DNA from: Bdellovibrionota bacterium
Lineage (GTDB): Bacteria; Bdellovibrionota_C; UBA2361; OMII01
DNA: 64,000 bases
Direction: 5' to 3'
Assembly: GCA_044345405.1 (NCBI GenBank)
Contig: JBIJBE010000002.1
Location: 107,600 to 171,599, forward strand
Shown one piece after another: positions 19,730 through 29,425 of this stretch; position 1 is the first letter of the stretch, and each line of letters begins with the position of its first letter. Below the pieces are notes generated by a model, which saw only the letters and a program-made list of their open reading frames with translations, had not been told where the DNA came from and made no database searches. The position numbers and the translations under genes are program-made.

Positions 19730-20659
19730 TCACAAGAACCGGTGGCGATGAAGCTCCACAAAACGGAGGCGGTGGAACTCCTCCCTTTTGGTGATATATC
19801 CGGCATCTAGCCCCGCCATCGCGGATACCAACATCCCGGCCCCCTCAAGCAAACCAGCCCCCGTTTGGTAGATCCGGATACCATCAGCGAACACCACTTC
19901 CCCCCGCTTTACCGCCGGTAAGGAGTCCCATTGGGGCGCATCCTCAAGCTTTCGAAGGTACCGGACGCTCTCTTCCAGCGTCTTCCCGCGCGGGGCAACC
20001 ATAATCGCGTCAGGGGCGAATGCCGCCAGCTCCTCCCATGTGGTCGGCTTGCTGATTTCGCGCTGCTCCGAATTCATTGTGCGGCCCGACACAAGTCGAA
20101 TAATATCAGGGATCCAACATCCCGCGATCTCCAAGGGCTCAACGCTTGAGAGCACAACCGTTTTCTTGTTTCGCAACCGCTCGTAGAGGTTCCGCCCCCA
20201 ATCAAGGAGCTGCGATTTTAGGCGCTGCGCTCGATCACGTCCGGTTGGCCCCATGCCGATAAGCGTTCCCAGATCACCGTAGGCATCAAGGAGATCGTTA
20301 AGGCTCGCGATATCAACGGACTTTACCCGAACGTTCTTCATCCAGTGGTGCTGGAAATATTCCTGCGCAAACCCGCAGAAGTCGTCGGGGTTATCAGAAA
20401 CGACCGTTGTAAGAATTACGGAGGGAGCGGCCTCTGTGAGCTTGTCGATATCGACCGGGATCGCTGAGAGGCCCGCCTGAAGCTTATCGCCCTCGACGCT
20501 ACCGGAGGGCTTGGGAGCTGAGGACCTGGTAACGACCGTTGGCGTATAGTCACTCGAGGGTGGCTGAGGGCAGAGGTGAGTCACGCCGAAGACCTTCCGC
20601 CCGTCGTGGAGAGCGTACAGTATCTCGGTAAGAAATGGGTTCAGGGAAACGATCTTCAT
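19730..20659 (-). CDS. ABC transporter substrate-binding protein, BtuF/cobalamin-Fe-siderophore type
   Basis: MKIVSLNPFLTEILYAL, GVTHLC, WDSLPAVKRGEV. Confidence 0.78.
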   Translation of the reverse strand: MKIVSLNPFLTEILYALHDGRKVFGVTHLCPQPPSSDYTPTVVTRSSAPKPSGSVEGDKLQAGLSAIPVDIDKLTEAAPSVILTTVVSDNPDDFCGFAQEYFQHHWMKNVRVKSVDIASLNDLLDAYGDLGTLIGMGPTGRDRAQRLKSQLLDWGRNLYERLRNKKTVVLSSVEPLEIAGCWIPDIIRLVSGRTMNSEQREISKPTTWEELAAFAPDAIMVAPRGKTLEESVRYLRKLEDAPQWDSLPAVKRGEVVFADGIRIYQTGAGLLEGAGMLVSAMAGLDAGYITKREEFHRLRFVELHRHRFL

Positions 20660-20948
20660 CAGCGCCTCGCGGGAAGGAACCTCTTCCACCTCTACCATCG
20701 GCCTAAGAGCTCGGTACCTTAAGAGGGCCCATCACCCGACCCGCAGGCGAGCCCAACCATCAACCCGACAAACCTCTGGAGAATTGGATTTACACAGGAA
20801 AATCCCACCCTCACCGCCACAACCACTCTACAACAGCGTTATTGCTCTTGACGGTCGGGCGACCGAGGGGACACTCTAATCACTGTAGTTTTGATTACGT
20901 ATGTGTCGCGGGAACCGTCTCGCCCCTCCTTTTACACTCGAAAGCACC

Positions 20949-21836
20949 ATGACCCCCTCGAACCGCCCCCTCCTCCGCTCCCGCCTTGCTCGAGGATTCG
21001 CCGTTGCGTTGCTCGTATGTTCGGTCACAACCCTTCTCGCCTGCGCCACCCGTAGCTCTAAGTTCTCCTCCCTTCTCAATCAAGGGATCATGCCGGTTAG
21101 TGAGGAGAACGCCTTCATGGGCGCTAACCTCTTCCTCGCTCGAGAGATGGAGCAGAGCGTATACCTTTACAACTTCATGAAGGAACGGGGCGCCCCGCAG
21201 GGAATCGAACTCAAGGGAGACAGCGAGGACGATGTAGAGGCGCATTTCTACTACACCTCAGGCCCGGAGGAGTACCTCGCCAAGCCAGCCCCTCGACCAC
21301 GATTCAATCGAAACAAAGATACACGCAGGGAGTGGATCATTATCGGACCGTTCGCGGTCGATAAGGAGCGGTATCGCGAGATTCAACAGCTAGATAAAAC
21401 TAATGGCGGCTCCTTTGAGATATTCGGTCGTCGGGAGTTCCTCGGACAGCAATCGAGCCCAGGCACACAGGTGGCTCTTCGTCCCGTATTCGTCCCGACT
21501 CCAATTCCTCCAAAGAAACACGTCGCGAAGAAGAAGCCGAGCGTTGATACCTCAGCCTCATCCACGATCAACTCCAAAGAGCCTGTAAACTTCGATCAAC
21601 AGGCGCTCAAAGAGGCGAAGGAGATGGCGCCACGGGATGGACAGGGTGACATCGTACACACCGTGACTTCCAAGACCGAAACCCTTCAGTCGATCTCGCA
21701 GTGGTACACCTCGAAATCCACGAGCGCCGCTGAGGTTGCCAAGAAGAACGGACTTCCTGAGGATGCAAAGCTTAGTCCTGGGGCGAAGGTTATCGTTCCG
21801 AAGAGCTTGATTACCAATCCGAAGCGGATGCAATAG
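20949..21836 (+). CDS. LysM-domain lipoprotein
   Basis: Lipobox LLAC; C-terminal HTV...ETLQSISQWY...NGL...LSPGAKVIVP. Confidence 0.8.
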   Translation: MTPSNRPLLRSRLARGFAVALLVCSVTTLLACATRSSKFSSLLNQGIMPVSEENAFMGANLFLAREMEQSVYLYNFMKERGAPQGIELKGDSEDDVEAHFYYTSGPEEYLAKPAPRPRFNRNKDTRREWIIIGPFAVDKERYREIQQLDKTNGGSFEIFGRREFLGQQSSPGTQVALRPVFVPTPIPPKKHVAKKKPSVDTSASSTINSKEPVNFDQQALKEAKEMAPRDGQGDIVHTVTSKTETLQSISQWYTSKSTSAAEVAKKNGLPEDAKLSPGAKVIVPKSLITNPKRMQ

Positions 21837-21886
21837 CACAGCGCAGCATTCGTTCTCTATACTGGAGAGCGCAGCCTCACAATCAA

Positions 21887-22426
21887 CTAGGTAAGCCGCC
21901 GCTCCACAAGCGGCGAAGAGAGGTCATGCCCATTACACTGCACATACAAAGTCCCATCGCTCCGAGAGATAGTCATCTCATTCCGTCTATCGAGGGTGCC
22001 AACGAGCGATGAGATAAAGCCGTCATCGAAGGAATAGAACGCGACCTCTTCGCCTCGAAAGATCGGAGCCTGCGTGAGCTGCTGATACACAACCTCCGCC
22101 GAACGGTGACAATACACAGCGACTCGCCGGGCTGCTTTCGCCGCGCGATGAATACGCTCGGCGCTCGGGGCGCCCACATCGATCCAGGCTGTGAAGGTTC
22201 CATCGAGCCCTTTGATAGCGATAGCGGGATCCTCAGTTGCCCCAATACCGGGAGAGAACGAGATCCCCTCCCCGTACTCAACACAGAACGCAACAACACG
22301 CGCCATCATGAACTCAAGGCTCTCTGAGGGGTGCAACGCGGTGGGGAGCTTAAAGCTCTCGTAGACACTCCGGTCGGTATCGGAGAGATCAATCGAGAAG
22401 TGGTACACGGTTGATTTAGGGGACAC
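21887..22426 (-). CDS. yaeQ: YaeQ family protein
   Basis: LSDTDRSVYE, ALHPSESLEFMMARV, WIDVGAP; likely GTG start 22426. Confidence 0.88.
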   Translation of the reverse strand: MSPKSTVYHFSIDLSDTDRSVYESFKLPTALHPSESLEFMMARVVAFCVEYGEGISFSPGIGATEDPAIAIKGLDGTFTAWIDVGAPSAERIHRAAKAARRVAVYCHRSAEVVYQQLTQAPIFRGEEVAFYSFDDGFISSLVGTLDRRNEMTISRSDGTLYVQCNGHDLSSPLVERRLT

Positions 22427-22631
22427 GCAGTTTCCTTGATCTATGGTCGTTGTAGGGAACTCCTCTATGACGGAGGCAGTCCCTGAGGAAAGCTTAAAAC
22501 ACCAACGACACACGGCATAGACCGTACGGGCTAATCACATCGAGAGAGAGCAAGGATAAAGGTCGAATCACGTCGCCCGTTAGGCACAAAACAAAGGCCC
22601 CGCTGGGAAGCGTTTCCAACTCTATGCGTTG

Positions 22632-22667
22632 CTTGATCTTTGAGAGTGACTTGATAATTGAGAGTGA
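22632..22667. repeat. 18-bp tandem repeat just 3' of tRNA-Leu
   Basis: CTTGATCTTTGAGAGTGA / CTTGATAATTGAGAGTGA (16/18 identical). Confidence 0.75.
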
Positions 22668-22668
22668 A

Positions 22669-22754
22669 TGGTGCCCAGGAGAGGACTTGAACCTCTACGA
22701 CATTTCTGCCACCAGCCCCTTAAACTGGCGTGTCTACCATTCCACCACCTGGGC
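22669..22754 (-). tRNA. tRNA-Leu, anticodon AAG
   Basis: GCCCAGGTGGTGGAATGGTAGACACG-CCAGT TTAAGGG GCTGG-long variable arm-GGTTCAAGTCC...GGGCACCA. Confidence 0.92.
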
Positions 22755-22792
22755 GTATGATTGTCTGCGTTGTCTTAACGCGGACCGGGAAT

Positions 22793-23188
22793 TTACTTCG
22801 GAACGTTGGCGCCGTCAACTGCCGCGGGCGGCTGAACGTCACTTTTTTGCTCAGTTTTTTGTTCGGTTGCAGGAGCCGCAGGTTGTTGTTGTCCCTCAGG
22901 AATACCGCCCATAACGGACCCAGCAACCGCGTCAACCTTCGCGGCACCTTGACCACCCTGATTGAGCGCAAGCTTCACGAGCCCTACCGAGGTGAGCATG
23001 AAGGCAATAGCGATGAAGGTTGTCATCCGAACCAGGAGGGACGATGCGCCACCGACTCCAAAGACCGTACTAGCGCCACCGCCACCCATCACGGCGCCCG
23101 CATCAGCGCCCTTCCCTTGCTGCAACAGCACGAGAATGACGAGCACGATAGCCAAGAGGACGTGGAGGGTCAGGACTGCGGTATACAT
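22793..23188 (-). CDS. secG: Preprotein translocase subunit SecG
   Basis: VLLQQGKGADAGAVMGGGGASTVFG, two TMs. Confidence 0.95.
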   Translation of the reverse strand: MYTAVLTLHVLLAIVLVILVLLQQGKGADAGAVMGGGGASTVFGVGGASSLLVRMTTFIAIAFMLTSVGLVKLALNQGGQGAAKVDAVAGSVMGGIPEGQQQPAAPATEQKTEQKSDVQPPAAVDGANVPK

Positions 23189-23286
23189 GGTCTCTATCCT
23201 TGAACGAAAACTGGTGAGTAACCTAGCACTTGCTGGGGCGCAGGGCTAGTGGATCCTACCCCTGGGCGCCGAACGCCAAAACAACC

Positions 23287-24072
23287 TTAATTCACTATCT
23301 TAAGGCCCTGGCTACCCTTTTGCTTCTCATCAAGGGTCGCGATGACCTTACGAGCTACATCAAGGAAGATATCAGCGACCTTCCCCTCACCAGCGGCCAC
23401 CGGGGTACCGGCGTCCCCTCCCTCTCGAATGGCCGGGTCGATCGGAAGCTTTGCTAAGAGTGGAACGCCGAATTCCTTCGCGGTGCGCTCTCCACCGCCA
23501 CTTCCGAAGATCGGCATAACAGAACCGTCTGGCATCGGGAGTCCGGACATGTTCTCAACGATACCGAGAACATCAACGTTCACCTTCTTGAGCATGTTAA
23601 TTGATTTACGCACATCCGCGAGCGCGACCTCTTGCGGTGTCGTCACAACAACGGCGCCGGCGAGCTTCACCATCTGAGAGAGCGAGAGCTGCGCGTCTCC
23701 CGTTCCTGGAGGCATGTCGATGATCATGTAATCAACAACGCCCCAGTTCACATCCTCGAACATCTGGTGGAGCGCCTTGTTGAACATCGGTCCACGCCAG
23801 ATAACGGCGTCATCGGGGTGCTTCAGGAAGAATCCGAGCGAGATGTACTTAATGCCGTACTTCGCTGGCGGAATGAGCTTCTCTTCGTGATCAGGCACAA
23901 CCTGTCCACCACCGAGCAGGGTCGGAATACTTGGACCGTAGAAATCGCTGTCGATCAATCCGACCCTTGCGCCAGTTTTCGCGAGCGCGATAGCCAGATT
24001 CACCGCGACCGTTGACTTACCAACGCCGCCCTTACCTGAAATAACTGGAACGATCTGACCGATACTCGACAT
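23287..24072 (-). CDS. mrp: Mrp/ApbC Fe-S cluster carrier ATPase
   Basis: SGKGGVGKST, IWRGPM, DMPPGTGD, VTTPQ, GIVENMS. Confidence 0.92.
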   Translation of the reverse strand: MSSIGQIVPVISGKGGVGKSTVAVNLAIALAKTGARVGLIDSDFYGPSIPTLLGGGQVVPDHEEKLIPPAKYGIKYISLGFFLKHPDDAVIWRGPMFNKALHQMFEDVNWGVVDYMIIDMPPGTGDAQLSLSQMVKLAGAVVVTTPQEVALADVRKSINMLKKVNVDVLGIVENMSGLPMPDGSVMPIFGSGGGERTAKEFGVPLLAKLPIDPAIREGGDAGTPVAAGEGKVADIFLDVARKVIATLDEKQKGSQGLKIVN

Positions 24073-24074
24073 AG

Positions 24075-25889
24075 CTACACTCCCATCTCTTGAGAAACAA
24101 CATCCTCTTCGACTCGCTCATACCCCGGCACGGGTGGTTGCACCCAGTCCTCGCCGTTGTGCGCTCGCATCGCCTCGCGCTCGAGCAACGTTTTCGGAAT
24201 CAACGAATCAACCGACTCCCACGGAAGGAGCTCTGAGAACCCGATCCTTCGAGAGACATAAAAATCAACGGGCGGCACACCAGGAACGATCTCGCGATCC
24301 GTGCGCTTCATGAGCCACTTCCAACTCTCTCCCTGCCGCTCCGCCTCGAGGAGGAGCTTACCAACTCGCCGGTCTCCCCGCGAGAGGAGTCCTTGGAAAT
24401 AGCTCTCCTTCGGTGGTTCGAACCTAAATTCGAGGTTATGAACCTTCAGCACCTGCTTACGAAGTCGATCGATCTTCTTTTCAAGGGTCTTCGGGTCGAG
24501 CATCGGCTCCCACTGAAAAGGGGTCGAGGCTTTCGGAATGAACGGATTAACCGAGAGGGATACCCACCCCATCTTTCCGGTCGGCCGGGAGATCTCCGTG
24601 ATCGCGTCGCGAACAGCGATAGCGAGCTTCGCGATAGCGTCGATATCCTCATCTGTTTCCGTCGGAAGCCCAACGATGAAGTAGAGCTTATACCCACGAA
24701 TACCCGCCTCAGCGAGCTCACGAGCGGCGTTAATCACCTGCTCGTTAACCACACGCTTTCCAGCGGCGCGACGGAGACGATCACTTCCCGCCTCTGGAGC
24801 AAGCGAAACGGTCTTGTACTCACTCTCAGAGATACTCGCGGCGAGCGCACGCGTTACCTTCTGCGACATAATCGAGCTAAGCGACGCGCGCCCACCCTTC
24901 TCCGCTACCGTTTGCGCTAATTTAGAAATTGCCTTGTGCGAAGATACCGAGGCACCAACGAAGCCGATCGCATCGCTCTGCTCAAGACCAACCTGTACGG
25001 TGTCCTGCAACGTTTCCTCGTTACGTTTGCGGATCGGACGATAGATGTACCCAGCCACGCAGAAGCGACACCCCATCTCGCAACCACGCCCGGTCTCGGT
25101 GAGAAACATATCCTTGAATTCGGTCTCGGGGGTAAGAATTCGGCTGTGGGTCTTGAACTTCGAGAGGTCCTTCACAAATCGACGTCGAGGACGAGCGGGC
25201 ACATCATCGGGAACCTCGTACCGCTCCATCGTGCCATCGGCGTTGTAGTGCGGTTCGTAAAAACGAGGAACGTAAACCCCCTCAATCTGCGCGAGCCCCT
25301 TGAGCAACTCCTCACGGGACCATCCCTCACTCTTCGCTTTATGGAACACATCAACGAACTCAGGTAGAAGCTCCTCCGCCTCGCCCACGACGATCGCATC
25401 TAAGAAATCGGCTATCGGCTCCGGATTCAAGGTAACGGCGGTACCACCAGCGATAAGGAGCGGAAATCTGAACTTCGCCTCGCGAGCAGCCTCTTCACGC
25501 TCCTCCCACGAATTGAAAAGAAGCCCCTGATTGTTGAGCATCTTGAGGAGGTGGGGATAGTCGGTCTCGAAGGACATCGAGAAGCCGAGCATATCGCAAT
25601 CACCAAGAATGTTATTATTCTCAAATGATCGCCACTTCGTTGAGGCAACCTTCTCAGACTCGTGCTCTTCGGGAAGGAATCCTCGTTCGATAAGCACCCG
25701 AGAGTCCCGCGCGAGGATGTCGTACACGGCTTGAAACCCAAGGTTGGACATCGCCACCCAGTAGTTGTTTGGATAGGCGAGATGGAACTTCACATCTCCG
25801 GCGCTGTTGCTGTACGGCACAACGTATCGCTCAAGCGCTTTGAGCTCTTTATTCGTCGGATTCTTTAGCTTCGCTCGTTGAGTACTCAC
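24075..25889 (-). CDS. Radical SAM protein (TIGR03960-like)
   Basis: YPNNYWVAMSNLGFQ, RGCEMGCRFC, APEAGS, FIPKASTPFQW. Confidence 0.85.
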   Translation of the reverse strand: MSTQRAKLKNPTNKELKALERYVVPYSNSAGDVKFHLAYPNNYWVAMSNLGFQAVYDILARDSRVLIERGFLPEEHESEKVASTKWRSFENNNILGDCDMLGFSMSFETDYPHLLKMLNNQGLLFNSWEEREEAAREAKFRFPLLIAGGTAVTLNPEPIADFLDAIVVGEAEELLPEFVDVFHKAKSEGWSREELLKGLAQIEGVYVPRFYEPHYNADGTMERYEVPDDVPARPRRRFVKDLSKFKTHSRILTPETEFKDMFLTETGRGCEMGCRFCVAGYIYRPIRKRNEETLQDTVQVGLEQSDAIGFVGASVSSHKAISKLAQTVAEKGGRASLSSIMSQKVTRALAASISESEYKTVSLAPEAGSDRLRRAAGKRVVNEQVINAARELAEAGIRGYKLYFIVGLPTETDEDIDAIAKLAIAVRDAITEISRPTGKMGWVSLSVNPFIPKASTPFQWEPMLDPKTLEKKIDRLRKQVLKVHNLEFRFEPPKESYFQGLLSRGDRRVGKLLLEAERQGESWKWLMKRTDREIVPGVPPVDFYVSRRIGFSELLPWESVDSLIPKTLLEREAMRAHNGEDWVQPPVPGYERVEEDVVSQEMGV

Positions 25890-25904
25890 AGCTGCATCCG
25901 TTTC

Positions 25905-26405
25905 TTACTTGGGTTGAGTTGGTTGAGACGCCGGGGTCGCGCGCGCCGGCGCCTTCTTTCGACGCTCGGTGAGATTGGTGTATCTGTCGAGATTCAGCTC
26001 CGCACCCTTCACGCCCGGCGCCGCAACGAGGGTCTGTTGCTTTGAAGAGTTTGGTGGAAGGGTGTAGGTAAAGACATCCCGCTTCACAACGTCCAGGTTT
26101 TCATTGAGTTGGAGAGCTTCAACGTTTACGGAATAGGTGTCAGTCTTAGAGTTATTGAACACTTTCATGTCTAAGTGCCCCTCCTTCACCTTCGAGATAG
26201 ATCCGCTCAACGGAGAGACCTCATCCCGTCGCAACTCGTCAAACCCAAACGGCTCAGGGGCAGCGCTCACGGCGCGCCCGGTGTTGAAGGTCGTCGAGAG
26301 ATTTCCCCTCTTCGGTAGATCCTTATCAGGTGTCACCTCCGCGTAAGCAACGCGAGCGAGGGTCAGCACAACACACACAGCAAGAGCGCGTATGATTCGG
26401 TCCAT
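25905..26405 (-). CDS. Hypothetical secreted protein
   Basis: Signal peptide ending AYA; co-oriented with the downstream operon. Confidence 0.7.
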   Translation of the reverse strand: MDRIIRALAVCVVLTLARVAYAEVTPDKDLPKRGNLSTTFNTGRAVSAAPEPFGFDELRRDEVSPLSGSISKVKEGHLDMKVFNNSKTDTYSVNVEALQLNENLDVVKRDVFTYTLPPNSSKQQTLVAAPGVKGAELNLDRYTNLTERRKKAPARATPASQPTQPK

Positions 26406-26515
26406 GAGATCCTTTTGTGAGGTTTAAAACCCCTTGCGAGTACACGCAGTTATACGGTACGGAAACCGCAGGATTTTACCAGGTACCCGATCCCTTCACA
26501 ACGTAGGAGACCTTG

Positions 26516-26836
26516 ATGAGTATAATCATCAGCTTAGTAGCATGCCCCTCTGATGAGGTGGCCTCAGCCATCGCAAAACTGTTGGTAGACCGAGAACTTG
26601 CGGCGTGTGTCCAGGTCCTCCCCATCACCCAGTCGGTGTATCGGTGGAAGGGCGAGGTATGCATCGACCAAGAGGTCCTCCTCCTCATTAAAACCACCAG
26701 CGAGCTCAAAGATGAGGTCCAGAAAGCGGTCGAGGAGAACCATCCGTACGAGGTGCCTGAGTTTGTGGTGATTGAGGCGGCGGAGGTGTCGGAGAGATAT
26801 GGGGAGTGGTTGAGGGGGAGTGTGCGTATAAGGTAG
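26516..26836 (+). CDS. cutA: Divalent-cation tolerance protein CutA
   Basis: LAACVQ, SVYRWKG, HPYEVPE. Confidence 0.93.
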   Translation: MSIIISLVACPSDEVASAIAKLLVDRELAACVQVLPITQSVYRWKGEVCIDQEVLLLIKTTSELKDEVQKAVEENHPYEVPEFVVIEAAEVSERYGEWLRGSVRIR

Positions 26837-26852
26837 CCCCCCATTTACTCGC

Positions 26853-27175
26853 TACGTTTACGTGCACGTGCCACGTAGGACGTAGGACGTAATGCGTCTA
26901 CGTCTTACGGTTAACGTGAGGCGGGATCGGAGAGAGCGGCATGGTGAATGGCTTATGGTGTACGTTTACGTCTACGTTGACGTGAGACGTAGTACGTAAA
27001 CCGTCTACGTTTTGCGGTTAGCGTCAGACGCTATCGAAGTGCTGCACGTCCTGGTGTATTGTTTATCGTTTACGTATACGTTGACGTAGGACCTAAGCTT
27101 AAGACGTAAACCGTCTACGTTTTGCGGTTAGCGTTAGACGTGGTCGGAGGGCTGCAGGGCTTATCGCCTACGTAG
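26853..27175. repeat. Intergenic ACGT-rich tandem repeat (3 units, ~105-110 bp period)
   Basis: Units start ~26853, 26961, 27066; exact 31-mer at 26994..27024 and 27104..27134. Confidence 0.85.
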
Positions 27176-27191
27176 ACCTGACAACCCATCA

Positions 27192-27515
27192 CTACCGCTC
27201 CCGAAACCCACGACCATCAACGATAACAGCGGGCCCACCATACCCATCCCCACCAAGGGACTGCGGAGGTGGCTGCGTATTGACCGGCACAGGCCCCGCG
27301 CTCGACCAGACGCGCATCTTCTGTCCGGTCTGCGTCACCACCTCCTCACCTGGAAGAACGGGAGGTAGCCTGTCATCGTCTTGTCGAGTGGTAGGCTTAT
27401 CGTCGGCATCAGGAGCACTATCCCCACTATCACCCTGGTCAGCGAAAACGACACCAGTACCCGCGACAAACGCGAGCGCGACAGCGGAAAAGAATAAAAC
27501 CGAACGCACCTTCAT
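27192..27515 (-). CDS. Hypothetical secreted protein
   Basis: Signal peptide; LPPVLPGEEV...MRVWSSAGPVP. Confidence 0.7.
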   Translation of the reverse strand: MKVRSVLFFSAVALAFVAGTGVVFADQGDSGDSAPDADDKPTTRQDDDRLPPVLPGEEVVTQTGQKMRVWSSAGPVPVNTQPPPQSLGGDGYGGPAVIVDGRGFRER

Positions 27516-27586
27516 GAAGTCCCCTCAAAACGGACGTTAAAACGATATGGTCAGTGTAACGCCTTGTACACTAAGATGCACCTGAA

Positions 27587-28234
27587 ATGACAAACGAAGG
27601 AAAAGTTACCGTTCTTCTCTCTGGCCGAGGATCTAACCTTAAGGCCCTGATTCAACAGCAGAGAGGATATCGGATCAGCCACGTCATCTCGGACAAAGCC
27701 GACGCTGGCGGGCTGGCGATAGCTCGAGAGGTCGGTATTCCGACGACCGTTATTACGCGAGGGGAACACCCCTCACTCGCCGCGTTCAAGGCCGCCATCC
27801 TCGCCGCGGTAGAGGAAACCGAACCTTCCCTCGTCGCTCTCGCCGGTTTTATGGTTGTTGTTCATCCCGAATTTGTCACCCGATTCCATGGAAGGCTGAT
27901 CAATATTCATCCATCGCTCCTTCCTAACTTCCCCGGACTCGATACCCACACAAGAGCGATAGAGGCGAACCACCGCGAACATGGATGTACCGTCCACTTT
28001 GTAGATACTGGTGTCGATACCGGTCCCTTCATCGCTCAAGCCAAGGTGCCGGTACTGGAGGGGGATACTGCGGAAACGCTCGCGGCGCGGGTGATTACCA
28101 AAGAGCATACGCTCTACCCGTGGATAGTGCGGAGCATTATCCAGGGATCGATACACCTGAACGATCGCGCGGTGCGGTACTCCGCCGAAATCATAGCGGA
28201 GGCGCGCGCCCTCGGGTACACAACTTTTCAATAG
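27587..28234 (+). CDS. purN: Phosphoribosylglycinamide formyltransferase
   Basis: SGRGSNL, LAGFM, NIHPSLLP, HGCTVHFV, DTGP. Confidence 0.96.
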   Translation: MTNEGKVTVLLSGRGSNLKALIQQQRGYRISHVISDKADAGGLAIAREVGIPTTVITRGEHPSLAAFKAAILAAVEETEPSLVALAGFMVVVHPEFVTRFHGRLINIHPSLLPNFPGLDTHTRAIEANHREHGCTVHFVDTGVDTGPFIAQAKVPVLEGDTAETLAARVITKEHTLYPWIVRSIIQGSIHLNDRAVRYSAEIIAEARALGYTTFQ

Positions 28235-28243
28235 AGAGGACTT

Positions 28244-28948
28244 ATGACTGAACGGAAAATTACCTACGCGGGCCACTCGGCGGTGTTTGTGCAACTTGGC
28301 GCTAAGGTCGTCGCGATTGATCCGTGGCTTCGCGGAAATCCGCTCTGCCCTCCCGACCTTCAAGCCCCCCCTAAGATAGATCTGATCGTGTTGTCACATG
28401 GACACTCCGATCACGCGGGGGACGCGGTGCGCGTTCAGAAGGAGACGGGGGCGCTTCTCGCCGCGACCTACGAGCTCGCGATGATCATGATCGCCGAAGG
28501 GGTACCGAGCGATAAGGTGATTCCGATGAACAAGGGAGGCGCCGTGGATGTGGACGGGATCGAGGTTCGCCTCACCAACGCCTACCACTCAAGCTCCTAC
28601 GACACCAAGAGCGGCACTATCTACGCCGGAGAGGCGTGCGGCGTCCTCCTTTCGCATGCGGGAGTGACCGTCTTTCACGCGGGAGACACCTCGCTCTTTA
28701 CAGACCTGAAACTGATCGGCGAGCAGTTTCAGCCGGATGTCGCCTTCCTTCCCATCGGCGATCGGTTCACCATGGGACCATCGGAAGCGGCGCAAGCCGC
28801 GGCGTGGACAAAATGCAAGCTCGCGATACCGATTCACTACAAAACGTTTGAGCTCTTAACTGGCACGTACGATGAATTCGCCCGCGCGTGCGAAAAACTC
28901 GGCGTGGCGTCGAAGGAGCTGGAGCCGGGGCAGTCGATAAGTCTGTAA
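28244..28948 (+). CDS. Metal-dependent hydrolase, UPF0173 (MBL fold)
   Basis: GHS, SHGHSDH, HAGDT, LPIGDRFTMGP, PIHY. Confidence 0.9.
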   Translation: MTERKITYAGHSAVFVQLGAKVVAIDPWLRGNPLCPPDLQAPPKIDLIVLSHGHSDHAGDAVRVQKETGALLAATYELAMIMIAEGVPSDKVIPMNKGGAVDVDGIEVRLTNAYHSSSYDTKSGTIYAGEACGVLLSHAGVTVFHAGDTSLFTDLKLIGEQFQPDVAFLPIGDRFTMGPSEAAQAAAWTKCKLAIPIHYKTFELLTGTYDEFARACEKLGVASKELEPGQSISL

Positions 28949-29088
28949 CGCGTTCATCACACGCTTTGAGCACCGGGCAACGTCGACGTAAGACGTGAGA
29001 CGAACATCGTCGACGGGTTTCGTTATACGCTTGCCGTCGACGGAATTCGTCACCGCCTACGAAGTGCGCGTTTCCACTCACGCACTTC

Positions 29089-29123
29089 CCGCTGGAGTGG
29101 GATCACACATCCCACTCCAGCGG
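29089..29123. terminator. Perfect 15-bp hairpin between convergent genes
   Basis: CCGCTGGAGTGGGAT-CACAC-ATCCCACTCCAGCGG. Confidence 0.6.
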
Positions 29124-29132
29124 TTCGTCACT

Positions 29133-29336
29133 TCACTTTTGCGCCGGCACGGGCGGAACTGGCTGACCCTGCTCAACAGGGGCCCGCTCCGCTGGTCGTG
29201 GAGTAATTGGTTGTGGCTCCCGACCACGAGCGATAAAGTAAATCAACGCTATCACCGCGAGGAGCGCAAGCACCCCGACGACGTTCGAAAGGTTGGAACG
29301 CTCTACGGTCGTTCCTGCTGGTGTTACGGTTGCCAT
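29133..29336 (-). CDS. Small membrane protein
   Basis: GGAGG SD, single TM helix, Pro-rich tail. Confidence 0.7.
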   Translation of the reverse strand: MATVTPAGTTVERSNLSNVVGVLALLAVIALIYFIARGREPQPITPRPAERAPVEQGQPVPPVPAQK

Positions 29337-29425
29337 ATAGCCTCCATCAAGCTTTTCAAGAAGCGTACGGAGGAACAGGAAGCACTCCTATGACGTGCCC
29401 CAGGGGATAACAAACGGCATCACAT

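Noticed and set aside
22669-22754. Reading the tRNA as Leu(TAA)
   Set aside because: The stem register CCAGT/GCTGG places AAG at positions 34-36 with G37, as in CUN-decoding Leu tRNAs.
26853-27175. CRISPR array
   Set aside because: Units are long, degenerate and internally periodic; only three copies; no cas genes.
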